Source: Methanomicrobiales archaeon
GTDB lineage: Archaea; Halobacteriota; Methanomicrobia; Methanomicrobiales; Methanospirillaceae
Reading direction: 5' to 3'
Length of the DNA: 64,000 nt
NCBI GenBank assembly: GCA_037137755.1
Contig: JBAXJR010000002.1
Coordinates: 118,951 to 182,950, forward strand
How positions within the stretch are numbered: position 1 is the stretch's first letter; every line of letters begins with the position of its first letter. The position numbers and the translations under genes were made by a program. The notes below the pieces were generated by a model. The model ran no database searches. It saw nothing but the letters and a program-made list of their open reading frames with translations, and had not been told where the DNA came from. Positions 48,771-58,252 of the stretch are shown in pieces.

Positions 48771-49961
48771 TCACCACATCCCTAGGAGTTTCGTTAATCC
48801 AAGCACCATCGCACAAACGGCCCCTATGGCTGCAGATCCCCCTATGAATGGTATATAGCGGTAAATTTCCAGTTTAACCCCTGTCCTCGATGTATAGGGG
48901 GTACAGCCAGTGAAGTTCAGGGCAAGATAAGCCGTTATTACCGGCAGGGTCAGGAATATCGCTATAACTGCGGTAATGCCAACCCACAGGGGTGCTCCCG
49001 GGGCCCTGGTAAGGTATGCCAGCAGGGCAAAAGGGGCTGCAACGATAATTCCGAGGACCAGCCCTTTTGTGCTGAAGTCTGCAGTAGGAAGGTAGGGGAG
49101 CAGTACCGGAAAAATCACCGTCCCTGCGAGGACTGCAGCGATAAAACCCGTAGCAGGCAGCCATCCTCCCACAAACCACAGGACAATTGTTGCAACCACC
49201 GCATAAAGGGCCGCACTGCGAAGTTCAACCGGTATCAGGACTACCCTGTCCCACAGGTCGAACGTTACTAGCCTCATTTCAGGTGTTGCAACTCTATCAC
49301 TGAGAAATTCAGGGAGATCAGATACCCTTACCGGGCCATACTCCACATGGAACCCGGTCGCCTTATGGACCTCGTGGGCGGCAACACCTGGGGCACCGAG
49401 TTGCGGGAGGATAAGGCGGTGATGGTTTACAACCTTGGAAAGGCTTGTTTTGTGGATACGGTTTATCAATTCATCTGTTCCGAATGTCCCCTTCCCTGCA
49501 GCACACCAGACATTGATCCCTTTCGTATCCAGCACGAGGATATAGGCGTCCCGGCCACCAAGCGATACCCGTACCGCATCAAAACTGAGCGTATAGTTTG
49601 CCGTCACAATCACGGGGGAACCGGGGCCGGGAGAACCGACTGAGTAGAGGCCGGGGGGTACCCTGTGGCCTGAACGGTTCTGTCCAAGCCTCGCGAGGAT
49701 GTGCCCCATGGTATCCCTGGATGTCAGCGTACCTGATACAGGGGTGATGGCTGCGTCAGGTTGGCAGTTTGCGTGGACTCCGCCTGCCGGTTCTTTTTGT
49801 GAACTATTGCAGGTACAGGAACTTCCGCACGATGACCTTTCATCCGTTTCAGGTACGCCTGACACCCCCTCCGGGACGGAGGGAGCCGGGCAACAGTGGC
49901 CGGACCCGCAGCCGCAGGAATTGTTATGTTTTTCATGTTGTACCGGGCCGTTGTCTGGCAT
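48771..49961 (-). CDS. hgcA: Mercury methylation corrinoid protein HgcA
   Basis: Cap-helix motif TKGINVWCAAGKGTFG, TANYTLSFD, LPQLGAPGV, YGPVR, and a C-terminal TM domain ending NFTGCTPYTSRTGV. Confidence 0.97.
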   Translation of the reverse strand: MPDNGPVQHEKHNNSCGCGSGHCCPAPSVPEGVSGVPETDERSSCGSSCTCNSSQKEPAGGVHANCQPDAAITPVSGTLTSRDTMGHILARLGQNRSGHRVPPGLYSVGSPGPGSPVIVTANYTLSFDAVRVSLGGRDAYILVLDTKGINVWCAAGKGTFGTDELINRIHKTSLSKVVNHHRLILPQLGAPGVAAHEVHKATGFHVEYGPVRVSDLPEFLSDRVATPEMRLVTFDLWDRVVLIPVELRSAALYAVVATIVLWFVGGWLPATGFIAAVLAGTVIFPVLLPYLPTADFSTKGLVLGIIVAAPFALLAYLTRAPGAPLWVGITAVIAIFLTLPVITAYLALNFTGCTPYTSRTGVKLEIYRYIPFIGGSAAIGAVCAMVLGLTKLLGMW

Positions 49962-49963
49962 GG

Positions 49964-50251
49964 TCAGGCTTCCCCGAAATCCCCGATAATATCTTTCATT
50001 ACGGGTGATAGGGCGCTCCTGACCATCGTGGTCAGCTGGTCAGCGTGGATGAGCATAACACAGCAGACTTCCCCGCCTTTCATGCAACTGACGAGTGCTA
50101 GCCGGTCCCCTGCACCCATTTTTGCCGATTCCCTGACCTCCTTCGGGATAACGATCTGTCCCCGTTCATCTACGGTTAGAATTGCCTCTATCCGGCATGT
50201 ATCTGAGTATTTTTCTTTGCAGCCACAGTCCGCGGGGTCCTTTCTCTTCAC
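49964..50251 (-). CDS. hgcC: AbrB/MazE-fold Cys-rich regulator upstream of hgcAB (HgcC-like)
   Basis: AbrB motif TVDERGQIVIPKEVRE...GDRL with CGC and CC motifs. GTG start; ends 2 nt from hgcA. Confidence 0.85.
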   Translation of the reverse strand: MKRKDPADCGCKEKYSDTCRIEAILTVDERGQIVIPKEVRESAKMGAGDRLALVSCMKGGEVCCVMLIHADQLTTMVRSALSPVMKDIIGDFGEA

Positions 50252-50286
50252 CTTAGTTCTCCGTTCTTATGGTGTGAGATCTGCCA

Positions 50287-50337
50287 ATATATAGTTATCT
50301 GAATATTCTGAATATTCTGATTTATCCAAAATATTGG
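50287..50337 (-). promoter_or_regulatory. hgcCAB promoter: TATA box with adjacent 9-bp tandem repeats
   Basis: The minus strand reads TCAGAATAT-TCAGAATAT-TCAGATAAC-TATATAT, about 35-70 nt upstream of the GTG start. Confidence 0.65.
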
Positions 50338-50484
50338 AAAATTAAAAGGGAGGATCCGAAGACAACGCCTGTTTTCCAGCGATATTTTTATCAATGCAGG
50401 CACCCCCAATCTGATTAAGGATGTTCCTGCATTCCCTGAAGTGATAGCTTCCCCGGGAAGACCAGGTACAGCTGTGTGATATGC

Positions 50485-51243
50485 ATGAAAACCCTCCTGC
50501 TGTTTCTTGTAATGGCCCTGGTGATCGCTGCCTCCGGTACTGTCAGTGCATCACAAGGTACTACCCTGACCATAAGTCCACCGGGTGTGACCCTGCAGCC
50601 CGGTTCAACCGTGACATATGAACTGAGTATTAACACGCTCCCTGCCGGTCTGTCAGGTTACCAGCTTGACTTCCTGCTGACTAATTCTGCAGTGGGCAAT
50701 ATCACTAGTGTTTCTTTTCCTGCATGGGCAAAGCTTGGTAAAACCAGCAGCCTCCCTGCCGGGCGTGTGACGATAAGCGCGGCAGACATAGGAAAATCAG
50801 TTGAGGACGAGGCATCCGGGACGACCCTTGCAAGGATAACCGTGGTAGGGGTGGCGGCCGGTACTTCAAATATCAAATTACAGAATATCAGGATCGATGA
50901 TGACCATGGTGGTTATATTAACCCTGATACCCCAACCGCGCAACTGGTCGTAAAACCAAGTGGAATATCGGGAAATAGTGCGGTAACTGCTGTGATTACC
51001 TCCAGTACACCCGCAGTTGTTGCGACACTGGTCCCGACTCCCCTGCCGACAGCTGCCGAAACCCCGGTGGAACTTTCAGTAACTTCCAATATCCCTGTTC
51101 CGGATGCGGGTGCAACGGCTACAACAGCCATGCCCGCCTCTCCATTTGCGAAGATCCCGAGGTGGATATTTTACGCCCTCGGGCTCATTGCCCTGGTTGC
51201 AGGGCTGTCACTCCTCTTCCTCGCAGTCACCAGGAGAATATAA
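50485..51243 (+). CDS. Cohesin-like domain surface protein with C-terminal TM anchor
   Basis: Signal peptide, a beta-sandwich (LPAGLSGYQL...VGNITSVSFPAWA...LARITVVG..AGTS.I), a Thr/Pro linker and a TM-RR tail. Confidence 0.75.
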   Translation: MKTLLLFLVMALVIAASGTVSASQGTTLTISPPGVTLQPGSTVTYELSINTLPAGLSGYQLDFLLTNSAVGNITSVSFPAWAKLGKTSSLPAGRVTISAADIGKSVEDEASGTTLARITVVGVAAGTSNIKLQNIRIDDDHGGYINPDTPTAQLVVKPSGISGNSAVTAVITSSTPAVVATLVPTPLPTAAETPVELSVTSNIPVPDAGATATTAMPASPFAKIPRWIFYALGLIALVAGLSLLFLAVTRRI

Positions 51244-51291
51244 CCCCCGAATTATCTTTTCTTCGATCTGTTGAGATATTTTGCGGAATCT

Positions 51292-51435
51292 AAAAAAACG
51301 ATCTGCATGGACGGTGGAGTTTTCATTCCCCTCCCTCCACTGAAGAAAGGTATTTCTGTGGGCTGGGTTCACCTGGCGTTTTAAAATGAAAATAAACTAT
51401 CTATCTCCCTACCGGGGTCGTCATAGCTAAAGGGC
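51292..51435 (-). repeat. Dispersed structured element, degenerate copy C
   Basis: CTATCTCCCTACCGGGGTCGTCATAGC (51401-51427) compared with copy A CTATCCCCACCGGGGTCGCCAAAGC; similar A-run/CG/CAT.G left end and GGGTTC centre. Confidence 0.5.
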
Positions 51436-51911
51436 AGAACCCCGGGAACGAGAATAATTTTTAGGACCCCATTTCATCTTTACAATTGATTTTTAACGAT
51501 TTAAGCAAGTTTTTTTCCTGACTTCACTCAGTCAGTATCCTGGTACTATAACCAGGCATAACCCTGTTGCAAAGGCCGGAACCATAAAGGTCTCCCTGAT
51601 AGGGAATTTCAATTACAGTTTGGAGATGAAGTGTCAATGCCGGGTTTTTAAAAGTCAAATCAGCATAGATACCCGGTTGGATCTCATTTCTTGAGTCCAC
51701 GATCGAGACTCTACATGGGGTTGTAACTGCCATACCCGAACCACAGGGGTGCTGAGAATCGTTCGCCGTAACAAAGGTAATGAGGTCCTTAATGCTGGAA
51801 AACTGCGACTCTTACCGGTTATGCATGATGGTTGCCTGCCAGGATCCGGCCTAAGCAATAAGACGCGCCCTCCGGAGAATGGAATGAGAAAAATATATGT
51901 TCTGTCCGGAA

Positions 51912-52838
51912 TTATACCGCGTAAAACCGGGATGCCGGAAGTATCTGCCCGCTGACGGATGAGGAAGCGGGGTTTTTTCCGTTCTGGAGGTATAAGAACC
52001 TGGCAGTTGGGCTGGTAGATATTTGTCCCGCTAAGAATGGTGTCGAAGTATAAGCTGACAGACTGGTACCTTTTTCAACAGATTTTACTGTTGAAACTCC
52101 TGGAACTTTATTGTTCGTGGTATTCAGGTAATTAATCGGGACGACGCGTCGCATTACCGGGACAACCCGGGTAATTGACTTTGTCTTGGTTTCATAGTTC
52201 TGGATTGCCCGATTTGCGCTGGAACTACTCATTGAGACGAATACCGAAGCAGGGGTAGTTGCATCGAGAAGTCCGGGATAGGTGATCCGTTCCGACTGGA
52301 TCTTAAAAGTCTGGATGTTATAGGTAATACGACGGGTCACACCGTTCTGATCTGTAAGAATAACCATCGCCCCGATTTTCTGGTCCTGGCCCATGATGAA
52401 CACCGCATAATCGATTTGTGAATCAGGATACTCCGATTTTGCAAGCTCGCGGACTTTCGGCAGTATCAGACCCGGGTCAAATGTGCGGGGTGACTTTTCT
52501 ATGCTGACAACCGGCATCCCGACCAGCTTATTTCCGGCAGCATTGACAAGTCCGACAATTCTTTCGTCTTTGTTAATCACATCAAACAGGTAGGAGTATA
52601 TCACTCCAGACTGATCGTAAATGATTATCGGTGTCTGTGAAAGGGTGGCCCCTTTCCATAATGCCGTCGAGGAACCCAGCTTACCCTGGGCCACATATGA
52701 TAAAAGTGCTGAATTTGCATTGTCCCTGGCTGTACTTAATGGTATTTCCTGGGTTTGAGCATAATTCACGGTCACAGCTGCGGCGGTACCGACAAAGAGC
52801 AGAAGGATCAGTATTCCGGCAAGTAGGATCTTTTTCAT
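51912..52838 (-). CDS. Secreted hypothetical protein
   Basis: Clear signal peptide MKKILLAGILILLLFVGTAAA; 308 aa open frame. Confidence 0.8.
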   Translation of the reverse strand: MKKILLAGILILLLFVGTAAAVTVNYAQTQEIPLSTARDNANSALLSYVAQGKLGSSTALWKGATLSQTPIIIYDQSGVIYSYLFDVINKDERIVGLVNAAGNKLVGMPVVSIEKSPRTFDPGLILPKVRELAKSEYPDSQIDYAVFIMGQDQKIGAMVILTDQNGVTRRITYNIQTFKIQSERITYPGLLDATTPASVFVSMSSSSANRAIQNYETKTKSITRVVPVMRRVVPINYLNTTNNKVPGVSTVKSVEKGTSLSAYTSTPFLAGQISTSPTARFLYLQNGKNPASSSVSGQILPASRFYAV

Positions 52839-53186
52839 GGATTCAACCTCATCATTCCGGGTTTTATTCCCTGATCGGGGGTGCCCGGATTGCTTATATT
52901 GAGATATATACTCTCATATGCCTTAAAATGATAGTACAGTCACGCTAATGTCCGGCATTAATGTTTAAGGCACGCGGAAGGCCGTGCGTAAAAAATGTCC
53001 GTGGTGACCTCGGCCAGGTAGTGCCTCTCCTCTGGCATGATCTCCTCCTATCAATGAATGTACGGGGATTAGAGGCAATAAATCAGGATTAATGAAATTA
53101 TGTCCGGGAGATTGGAAATAATTTCACATCACTATATCTTTTTAAAAGATATTTCTACCCATTAAGGGAGATTCTGGCTGACCGAA

Positions 53187-53996
53187 ATGTACCCGTTCAT
53201 TATTTCAGTCCCCCACGGGGGCAATATAGTCCCCCTGGAGGTCAGTGACCGTATCGCGCTGAGCCCGGGCGAGGTCACATTCTATAGCGACCCGGGAACC
53301 CGTGAGATTTACAACTTTCAGTCCCGGGTTGCAGCGTTCACTGATACTCCTGTCTCAAGAGTGGTGATCGATCTCAACCGCCCACCCTATCACCTGGCGC
53401 CAAAATATCCCGATGGTGCGGTTAAATCCATCACCGGGTATGGCACACCCGTGTACGGGGATAACCTGTTCCCGGACATTAACCTGGTCCACAGGCTGAT
53501 GATGAAGTATTTCTTCCCCTACCACGAGAGGATCGACCGGCTTATTGATGAACACCATCCAAAAATTGGGTTTGACTGCCATAGCATGCTTCCTGAAGCG
53601 TTACCAGACCGGGACGAAAAGGGAAAGGTCCGGCCACTTATCTGTCTTGGAAATAATGGTGACCTGAACGGGGCACCGCGACCGGGTGTGTTGTGCACCT
53701 GTCCCCGGGAATTAATTCAGTCCCTTGCGGAACATTTCAGGGATGAATTCGGAGATGAAGGGGCGGTATTATTCAACAGCCCTTATGCAGGCGGGTTCAT
53801 ATCGATTTCTCATCGCTGGCACAGGGATATCCCATGGGTTCAGATAGAGGTAAACCGTGGATTATACGAGCGTGAGACTTACGGACCTGACCAACCTGGT
53901 TACGTGGACCTTGCATCGGCCAGAGAATTACGGGGGCGTATATGGTGTGTATTAACCGGGTTCTGGGATGATGCCGGTTTAAACCGCCCCATTTAA
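53187..53996 (+). CDS. N-formylglutamate amidohydrolase family protein
   Basis: SVPHGG, SRVVIDLNR, PYH, FDCHSM, NSPYAGG, QIEVNRGLY. Confidence 0.9.
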   Translation: MYPFIISVPHGGNIVPLEVSDRIALSPGEVTFYSDPGTREIYNFQSRVAAFTDTPVSRVVIDLNRPPYHLAPKYPDGAVKSITGYGTPVYGDNLFPDINLVHRLMMKYFFPYHERIDRLIDEHHPKIGFDCHSMLPEALPDRDEKGKVRPLICLGNNGDLNGAPRPGVLCTCPRELIQSLAEHFRDEFGDEGAVLFNSPYAGGFISISHRWHRDIPWVQIEVNRGLYERETYGPDQPGYVDLASARELRGRIWCVLTGFWDDAGLNRPI

Positions 53997-54082
53997 TAAT
54001 GGCTGCATATAACCTGCCCTATTCACTTTCACACTGCGCAACGCTGCTTTATATCTGGTAAACTGCCATCTCTGCCTGAACA

Positions 54083-55252
54083 ATGACAATCGGAAAAGGT
54101 GCGTACCTCCGCCAGATTACTACATCGCTATCAACACAGATGCGGTCTGTTGAGGTAGGTCGTGAGATGGAGGGAAGTTCCCCACCATCTGTATTTATAG
54201 GGAGCCATGCATATCCAAATGTCTATGCAGGCCCGGTAATTACTGCATTGCATGGAGATACGCGTATCTTGGACGCCCCGGAATCGTGGATCCCCTCCCT
54301 GACTTCCCAGGAGGAGATAATCAGGTACCGGTTGTCCCTTGTCCGGGGGAAGCAACGGGTATCCGTAGGGAATACTAATAATCCTTTTGTAGAAAAACTC
54401 CAGGAAATCGCCCTGTCCTCGTCATCTGTCGAGAGTGAGGTTACATTTGAAACCCCTCCTGCCGGTATGATGTTCTCTAACGAATCGTTGCCTCATGGTC
54501 CGAGTGCAAGGATGGAACAATTTGAAATAGAAAAGGGGCGGTGGGACCGTGACCTCGAGAAGGTCTATTATGATACTGACCTGGCTGCATCCGGGGCCGT
54601 GGTCGGTCTTCACCGCCAGGGTGTCCCGTTCTCCAGTATCCAGAAGGCCTTTTCAGTCGGGACGATGGGTGCAGGGAGGAAAAGAAAGCTCGTCCCCACC
54701 CGGTGGTCGATCACTGCCTGTGATACCCTGCTCGGTGATCATTTACTATCCCGTGTCAGGCAGAACTCCCCGATTGACTGTTACCGCATCCACGAATTTG
54801 ACAGCCTGAATAACCATTACGCTGTCCTGCTGATGCCCACGGCATGGCAGTATGAATGGATCGAGGCGTTTATCCATGTGCTTGGCCGAGAGGAGATGAT
54901 CTTTGCCGATCACGAGGGAAACCGGAAAAAACAGGGTTATTCCCCAGTCGGAGGATGCTATTATTCGTGCAGGATGGCGGTTCTCGATGCCCTTGCAAGA
55001 GAAGGAAAGCAGGCAGGAGCAATTATTCTCCGCGAGGCCCGCCGGGGTTACATCCCACTCGGGGTTTTTAATGTTCGGGAAAATGTGAAGTATGCCATGG
55101 CGTCAAAACCAAGGGAGTTTGAAGGAATACCCGACGCACTCCGGTATCTCACCAGTTGTTTCTCTCTCCCGCCTGCCCGGTTTTACGATGAGAGTACACT
55201 TCTTTCCGGTCTGAAAAAAGGACACCAGGCTACCCTGTCTGCATTCTGCTGA
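54083..55252 (+). CDS. nreA: Archaeal Nre-family DNA repair protein with C-terminal PIP box
   Basis: GSSPPSVFIG..YP.VYAGP, RKLVPTRWSITACD, GGCYY, YIPLGVFNVRENV and terminal QATLSAF. Confidence 0.88.
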   Translation: MTIGKGAYLRQITTSLSTQMRSVEVGREMEGSSPPSVFIGSHAYPNVYAGPVITALHGDTRILDAPESWIPSLTSQEEIIRYRLSLVRGKQRVSVGNTNNPFVEKLQEIALSSSSVESEVTFETPPAGMMFSNESLPHGPSARMEQFEIEKGRWDRDLEKVYYDTDLAASGAVVGLHRQGVPFSSIQKAFSVGTMGAGRKRKLVPTRWSITACDTLLGDHLLSRVRQNSPIDCYRIHEFDSLNNHYAVLLMPTAWQYEWIEAFIHVLGREEMIFADHEGNRKKQGYSPVGGCYYSCRMAVLDALAREGKQAGAIILREARRGYIPLGVFNVRENVKYAMASKPREFEGIPDALRYLTSCFSLPPARFYDESTLLSGLKKGHQATLSAFC

Positions 55253-55558
55253 TAAAAAAGGGAGGATAAGGATTTTTTTTTAACTTACAGGATCTTCCGG
55301 GTTGTCTTCCAGAAAAGCATTTGGAACCTGAATACCTCCTAAAACAAATAAAAAACAGGGGTCGATAATGTTCCTGTTGTTGAGATCCCCACCTCCCCTG
55401 GACATGCAACTGGGTTCCTGTTGCATAGGATAGGAACCCATTGCCATTACCTGGCATAAACTGGGGGAAATCTGGGGGTTTCAGGTCGTCCGGAAAAAAG
55501 GTTCATACCCCCCTTGACCATATGATTCCCCGGTAGCTCCCTAGGTACATACCTGATG

Positions 55559-56074
55559 TTAAGCCTGAGCGATGCTGACCTTATACGAATACACTTTTCT
55601 GGAATCAGGTCCCGGGAATACCACGGAGTATCCCCATGTTCCCCCCGGCTCGAAATTGTCTGTTGTATCTTTTGAACTGACGATCAGGTTCTTATTTGCA
55701 TCATAGAATTTTATCTGGACTTCTGCGTGAGGGACCGTGGTCTTTCCATCGTTCCTTGCGATCCCTGTAATAATAAGCCTCCCCACTTCCGGCCGTTCTT
55801 CATGATATTTGAGGACCCTGAGATTAGGCGTGTCGATTTCTGTTTCTGATACGAGCACCTCTTCTGAGGTGCTGCGTGGCTCAGGTGTAATGACCGGTAC
55901 CTGCACAGGTGCACTGGTGATAAATGATGAAGGAGGGAACGTCACCTGGGTAGGCGGAATTGTTGTGGTCACTGGCTGAGTCACTTCTTTTTTCTGGGGT
56001 GGATCCGAAATACAGCCACATGTGAGTATTACAACCATAAACCCAAGAAGGAGGAGCAGGGTGAGAGGTTTCAT
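55559..56074 (-). CDS. FxLYD-domain lipoprotein
   Basis: CGC lipobox, Thr/Pro linker, ITGIARNDG...VQIKFYDAN...FEPGGTW. Confidence 0.85.
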   Translation of the reverse strand: MKPLTLLLLLGFMVVILTCGCISDPPQKKEVTQPVTTTIPPTQVTFPPSSFITSAPVQVPVITPEPRSTSEEVLVSETEIDTPNLRVLKYHEERPEVGRLIITGIARNDGKTTVPHAEVQIKFYDANKNLIVSSKDTTDNFEPGGTWGYSVVFPGPDSRKVYSYKVSIAQA

Positions 56075-56120
56075 ATGGGAATCTTATTTTGGAACTACTT
56101 AAACCGGAGGGTCAGTCATC

Positions 56121-56534
56121 ATGACCTTGCTAGAGGAGAATTTTTGCACCAGCATGTCAAGAAATATACGCGGTATCATGCGAAAAAAATCAGGCCTCTT
56201 CATCCGGGAGTCAGTAATCGGCCTCGGATTTCTTTCAGGGGTATGGACAGCGATAGGAATTAATCCCCAGACTGTCCTTCTCACCCTTGTTGAGCGTTCG
56301 GCGGACGAGGTATTGCATGATCCGTCTGTCAGGTTTTTTTTCGTGGTATTACCTACACTGCTTCTCCTTCTCTCCCTGGTAACCGCTTATAAAAGGGGCA
56401 GGGTGGCCGGGCTTGTCTCCGTGTTTTTTGCCTATGCCGGGGGTCTTGTTGTCCTTGAATCCCTGTTCCTGTCAGGGATCCTGCTGGTTATTGCAATACT
56501 CCTGGGGCTTTTTGCCACGTCTAAATGGTATTAG
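56121..56534 (+). CDS. Hypothetical membrane protein (start may be ATG 56154)
   Basis: About four hydrophobic segments; IGLGFLSGVWTAIGINP. Confidence 0.75.
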   Translation: MTLLEENFCTSMSRNIRGIMRKKSGLFIRESVIGLGFLSGVWTAIGINPQTVLLTLVERSADEVLHDPSVRFFFVVLPTLLLLLSLVTAYKRGRVAGLVSVFFAYAGGLVVLESLFLSGILLVIAILLGLFATSKWY

Positions 56535-56617
56535 CGGCATGGTTCACCACGGTTCCACTGATCCCGGACGCTGGACCATTCCAAAAATCGTCGTATGCCA
56601 AAAAATTCCGCCGTTGA

Positions 56618-57064
56618 TCAGGCCTGATCCCCGGTTGAGGAACAGTACGGACACCGATCCCAGGTGATTGTGTAGAGGATACCGAGTAACGGATAGCTGA
56701 TCAACCCGTTCAGGATCATATCCATAGAGAAGCCCGCCAGGTATTACATCGTGGTAATAATGATGAACCCGCTGGTAACCGTGAGGAGTAGAAACAACAG
56801 CAGTCCGAACATAAGACCTTTCTCAACATATGATCCCTTCAGTGACCCTCTGATCACTGAGGACATGTAGGTCGTGACCAGTTACAGGAGGACCGGATAC
56901 AGGAAATAAAGCACCATGATGGGGTCTGTTGCAGTTCTCATACCCCCTATATCAAAGATGTTAAATGGTGCAATGAACATGGTAATCGCTGAAACCAGAA
57001 ATAACGTGATATAAAGGAGCACTGAGCCGAGTACACACGAGATGGCAAATTTTTTCCATTCCAT
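56618..57064 (-). pseudogene. Four-TM membrane protein gene with two in-frame TAA stops
   Basis: The frame continues past TAA 56882-56884 (LVTTYMSSVIRGSLKGSYVEKGLMFGLLLFLLLTV...) and past TAA 56744-56746 (YLAGFSMDMILNGLISYPLLGILY...) to TGA 56618. Confidence 0.75.
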
Positions 57065-57434
57065 CTGAACTACCAGGTATCCTGTTTTTTATTCTTTGTA
57101 ATAAATCTGACACGTACGTTGTGTGAAAGTGATCACAGCCGCACCGTAATCACTCGTGGCCTGTGCCCACGATAAGGATCCATTTGCAATAAACCTGGAA
57201 TGGCAATGGGACCCTTTCATCCCCTGATTGAACTGGATGTATCGTATCAATATATACCATAGTGAAAAGACATTGGCATTGCAGCAGGGGAGTATCCTGG
57301 GGTGGCACAGGTGCTCCTGATGTTGCAGATCCGGGATCCGGGTTGATCCAAAACGAGATGAGTGGGTACCAACCGTTCGTATTTGAGTCGCTCCGTGTCT
57401 GACATGGGTTAAAAAAAAGATATCTGCCCTGTTT

Positions 57435-58115
57435 TTACTTTGGGGCAGGTGTGGTCCCCTGCTGTTGTATTGCATCCATAAATGACCCGAGACCCTCCCT
57501 AATCCGGGTAATGACTTTCAGATGCCCGGCCAACTCCTGGCTTCTGACAAGGGAAAGATCATTGTTAGCATTCGAAAAGAACCCTGATGCCGTGTTGAAA
57601 TCCTTCTTCTGTGCAAGAACCGCCCCGGTTTCAAGGTTGGCTGCAAAGGGTTTCAGCCGGGTAAGATAATTCACATAATAGTCCCTCCTGCATTCATTGT
57701 CCATGTCTGAAATCTCTCTGAACTTAGACATTGCCAAGATCTCTTCATCAGTAGATGCAACAAGCCTGCGTCTCGTAACTCCCAAGTGCGGTATAATCCT
57801 GTGATGGAAATCCGGTTGTGCTGTCCTTCACAAGTTCTGCATTGATAGTTTCGATCTGGTTGAGGATCTTTACCTGTGAATCATCAATTGCAAGCAGGAA
57901 TTCCGTACCTGATGCCGTTTTACGTGTTGATTCTGCTGGCAATGCCTGTACTGCCGTCACGGTGGTAACGATGGCCGTGACAACCGGTTCAGTCCCGGTT
58001 TTTGTGAACACCGGGGTTATTGCTGTGTTTTGCCCGATCTTCTGCAATGAGGTACACCCGGCAAAAAAGTGCAGAGCGTAATAATGACAATAAAAACTGC
58101 AACAAGTGGGAGCAT
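57435..58115 (-). pseudogene. Lipoprotein gene with two frameshifts
   Basis: The signal peptide from ATG 58115 is out of frame with FAGCTSLQK at a T6 run (about 58063-58068). A second shift near 57770 joins ORFs 57748-58047 and 57435-57785. Confidence 0.7.
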
Positions 58116-58252
58116 GTTACACGGTCTCAGATGTAACAGGACGTTGGTGAAAAGCATATATGTTATCCAGGGATCTGGTGAAAAACCGTCTCCAGGACGT
58201 ATTTTCCAGCTTGAGATAACCCAGAATGAGACCGGATCAATTGTTCCCGGTA

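Noticed and set aside
51524-51858. Short minus-strand ORFs between the cohesin-like gene and the secreted protein
   Set aside because: They have no motifs, overlap in different frames and cannot be supported as genes.
53187-53996. Histidine utilisation pathway inferred from the formylglutamate amidohydrolase
   Set aside because: No hutH, hutU or hutI is in the window, and this family often occurs alone.
55440-55560. Fourth, inverted copy of the dispersed repeat (CTACCGGGGAATCATA on the minus strand)
   Set aside because: The match is too short and lacks the flanking motifs.
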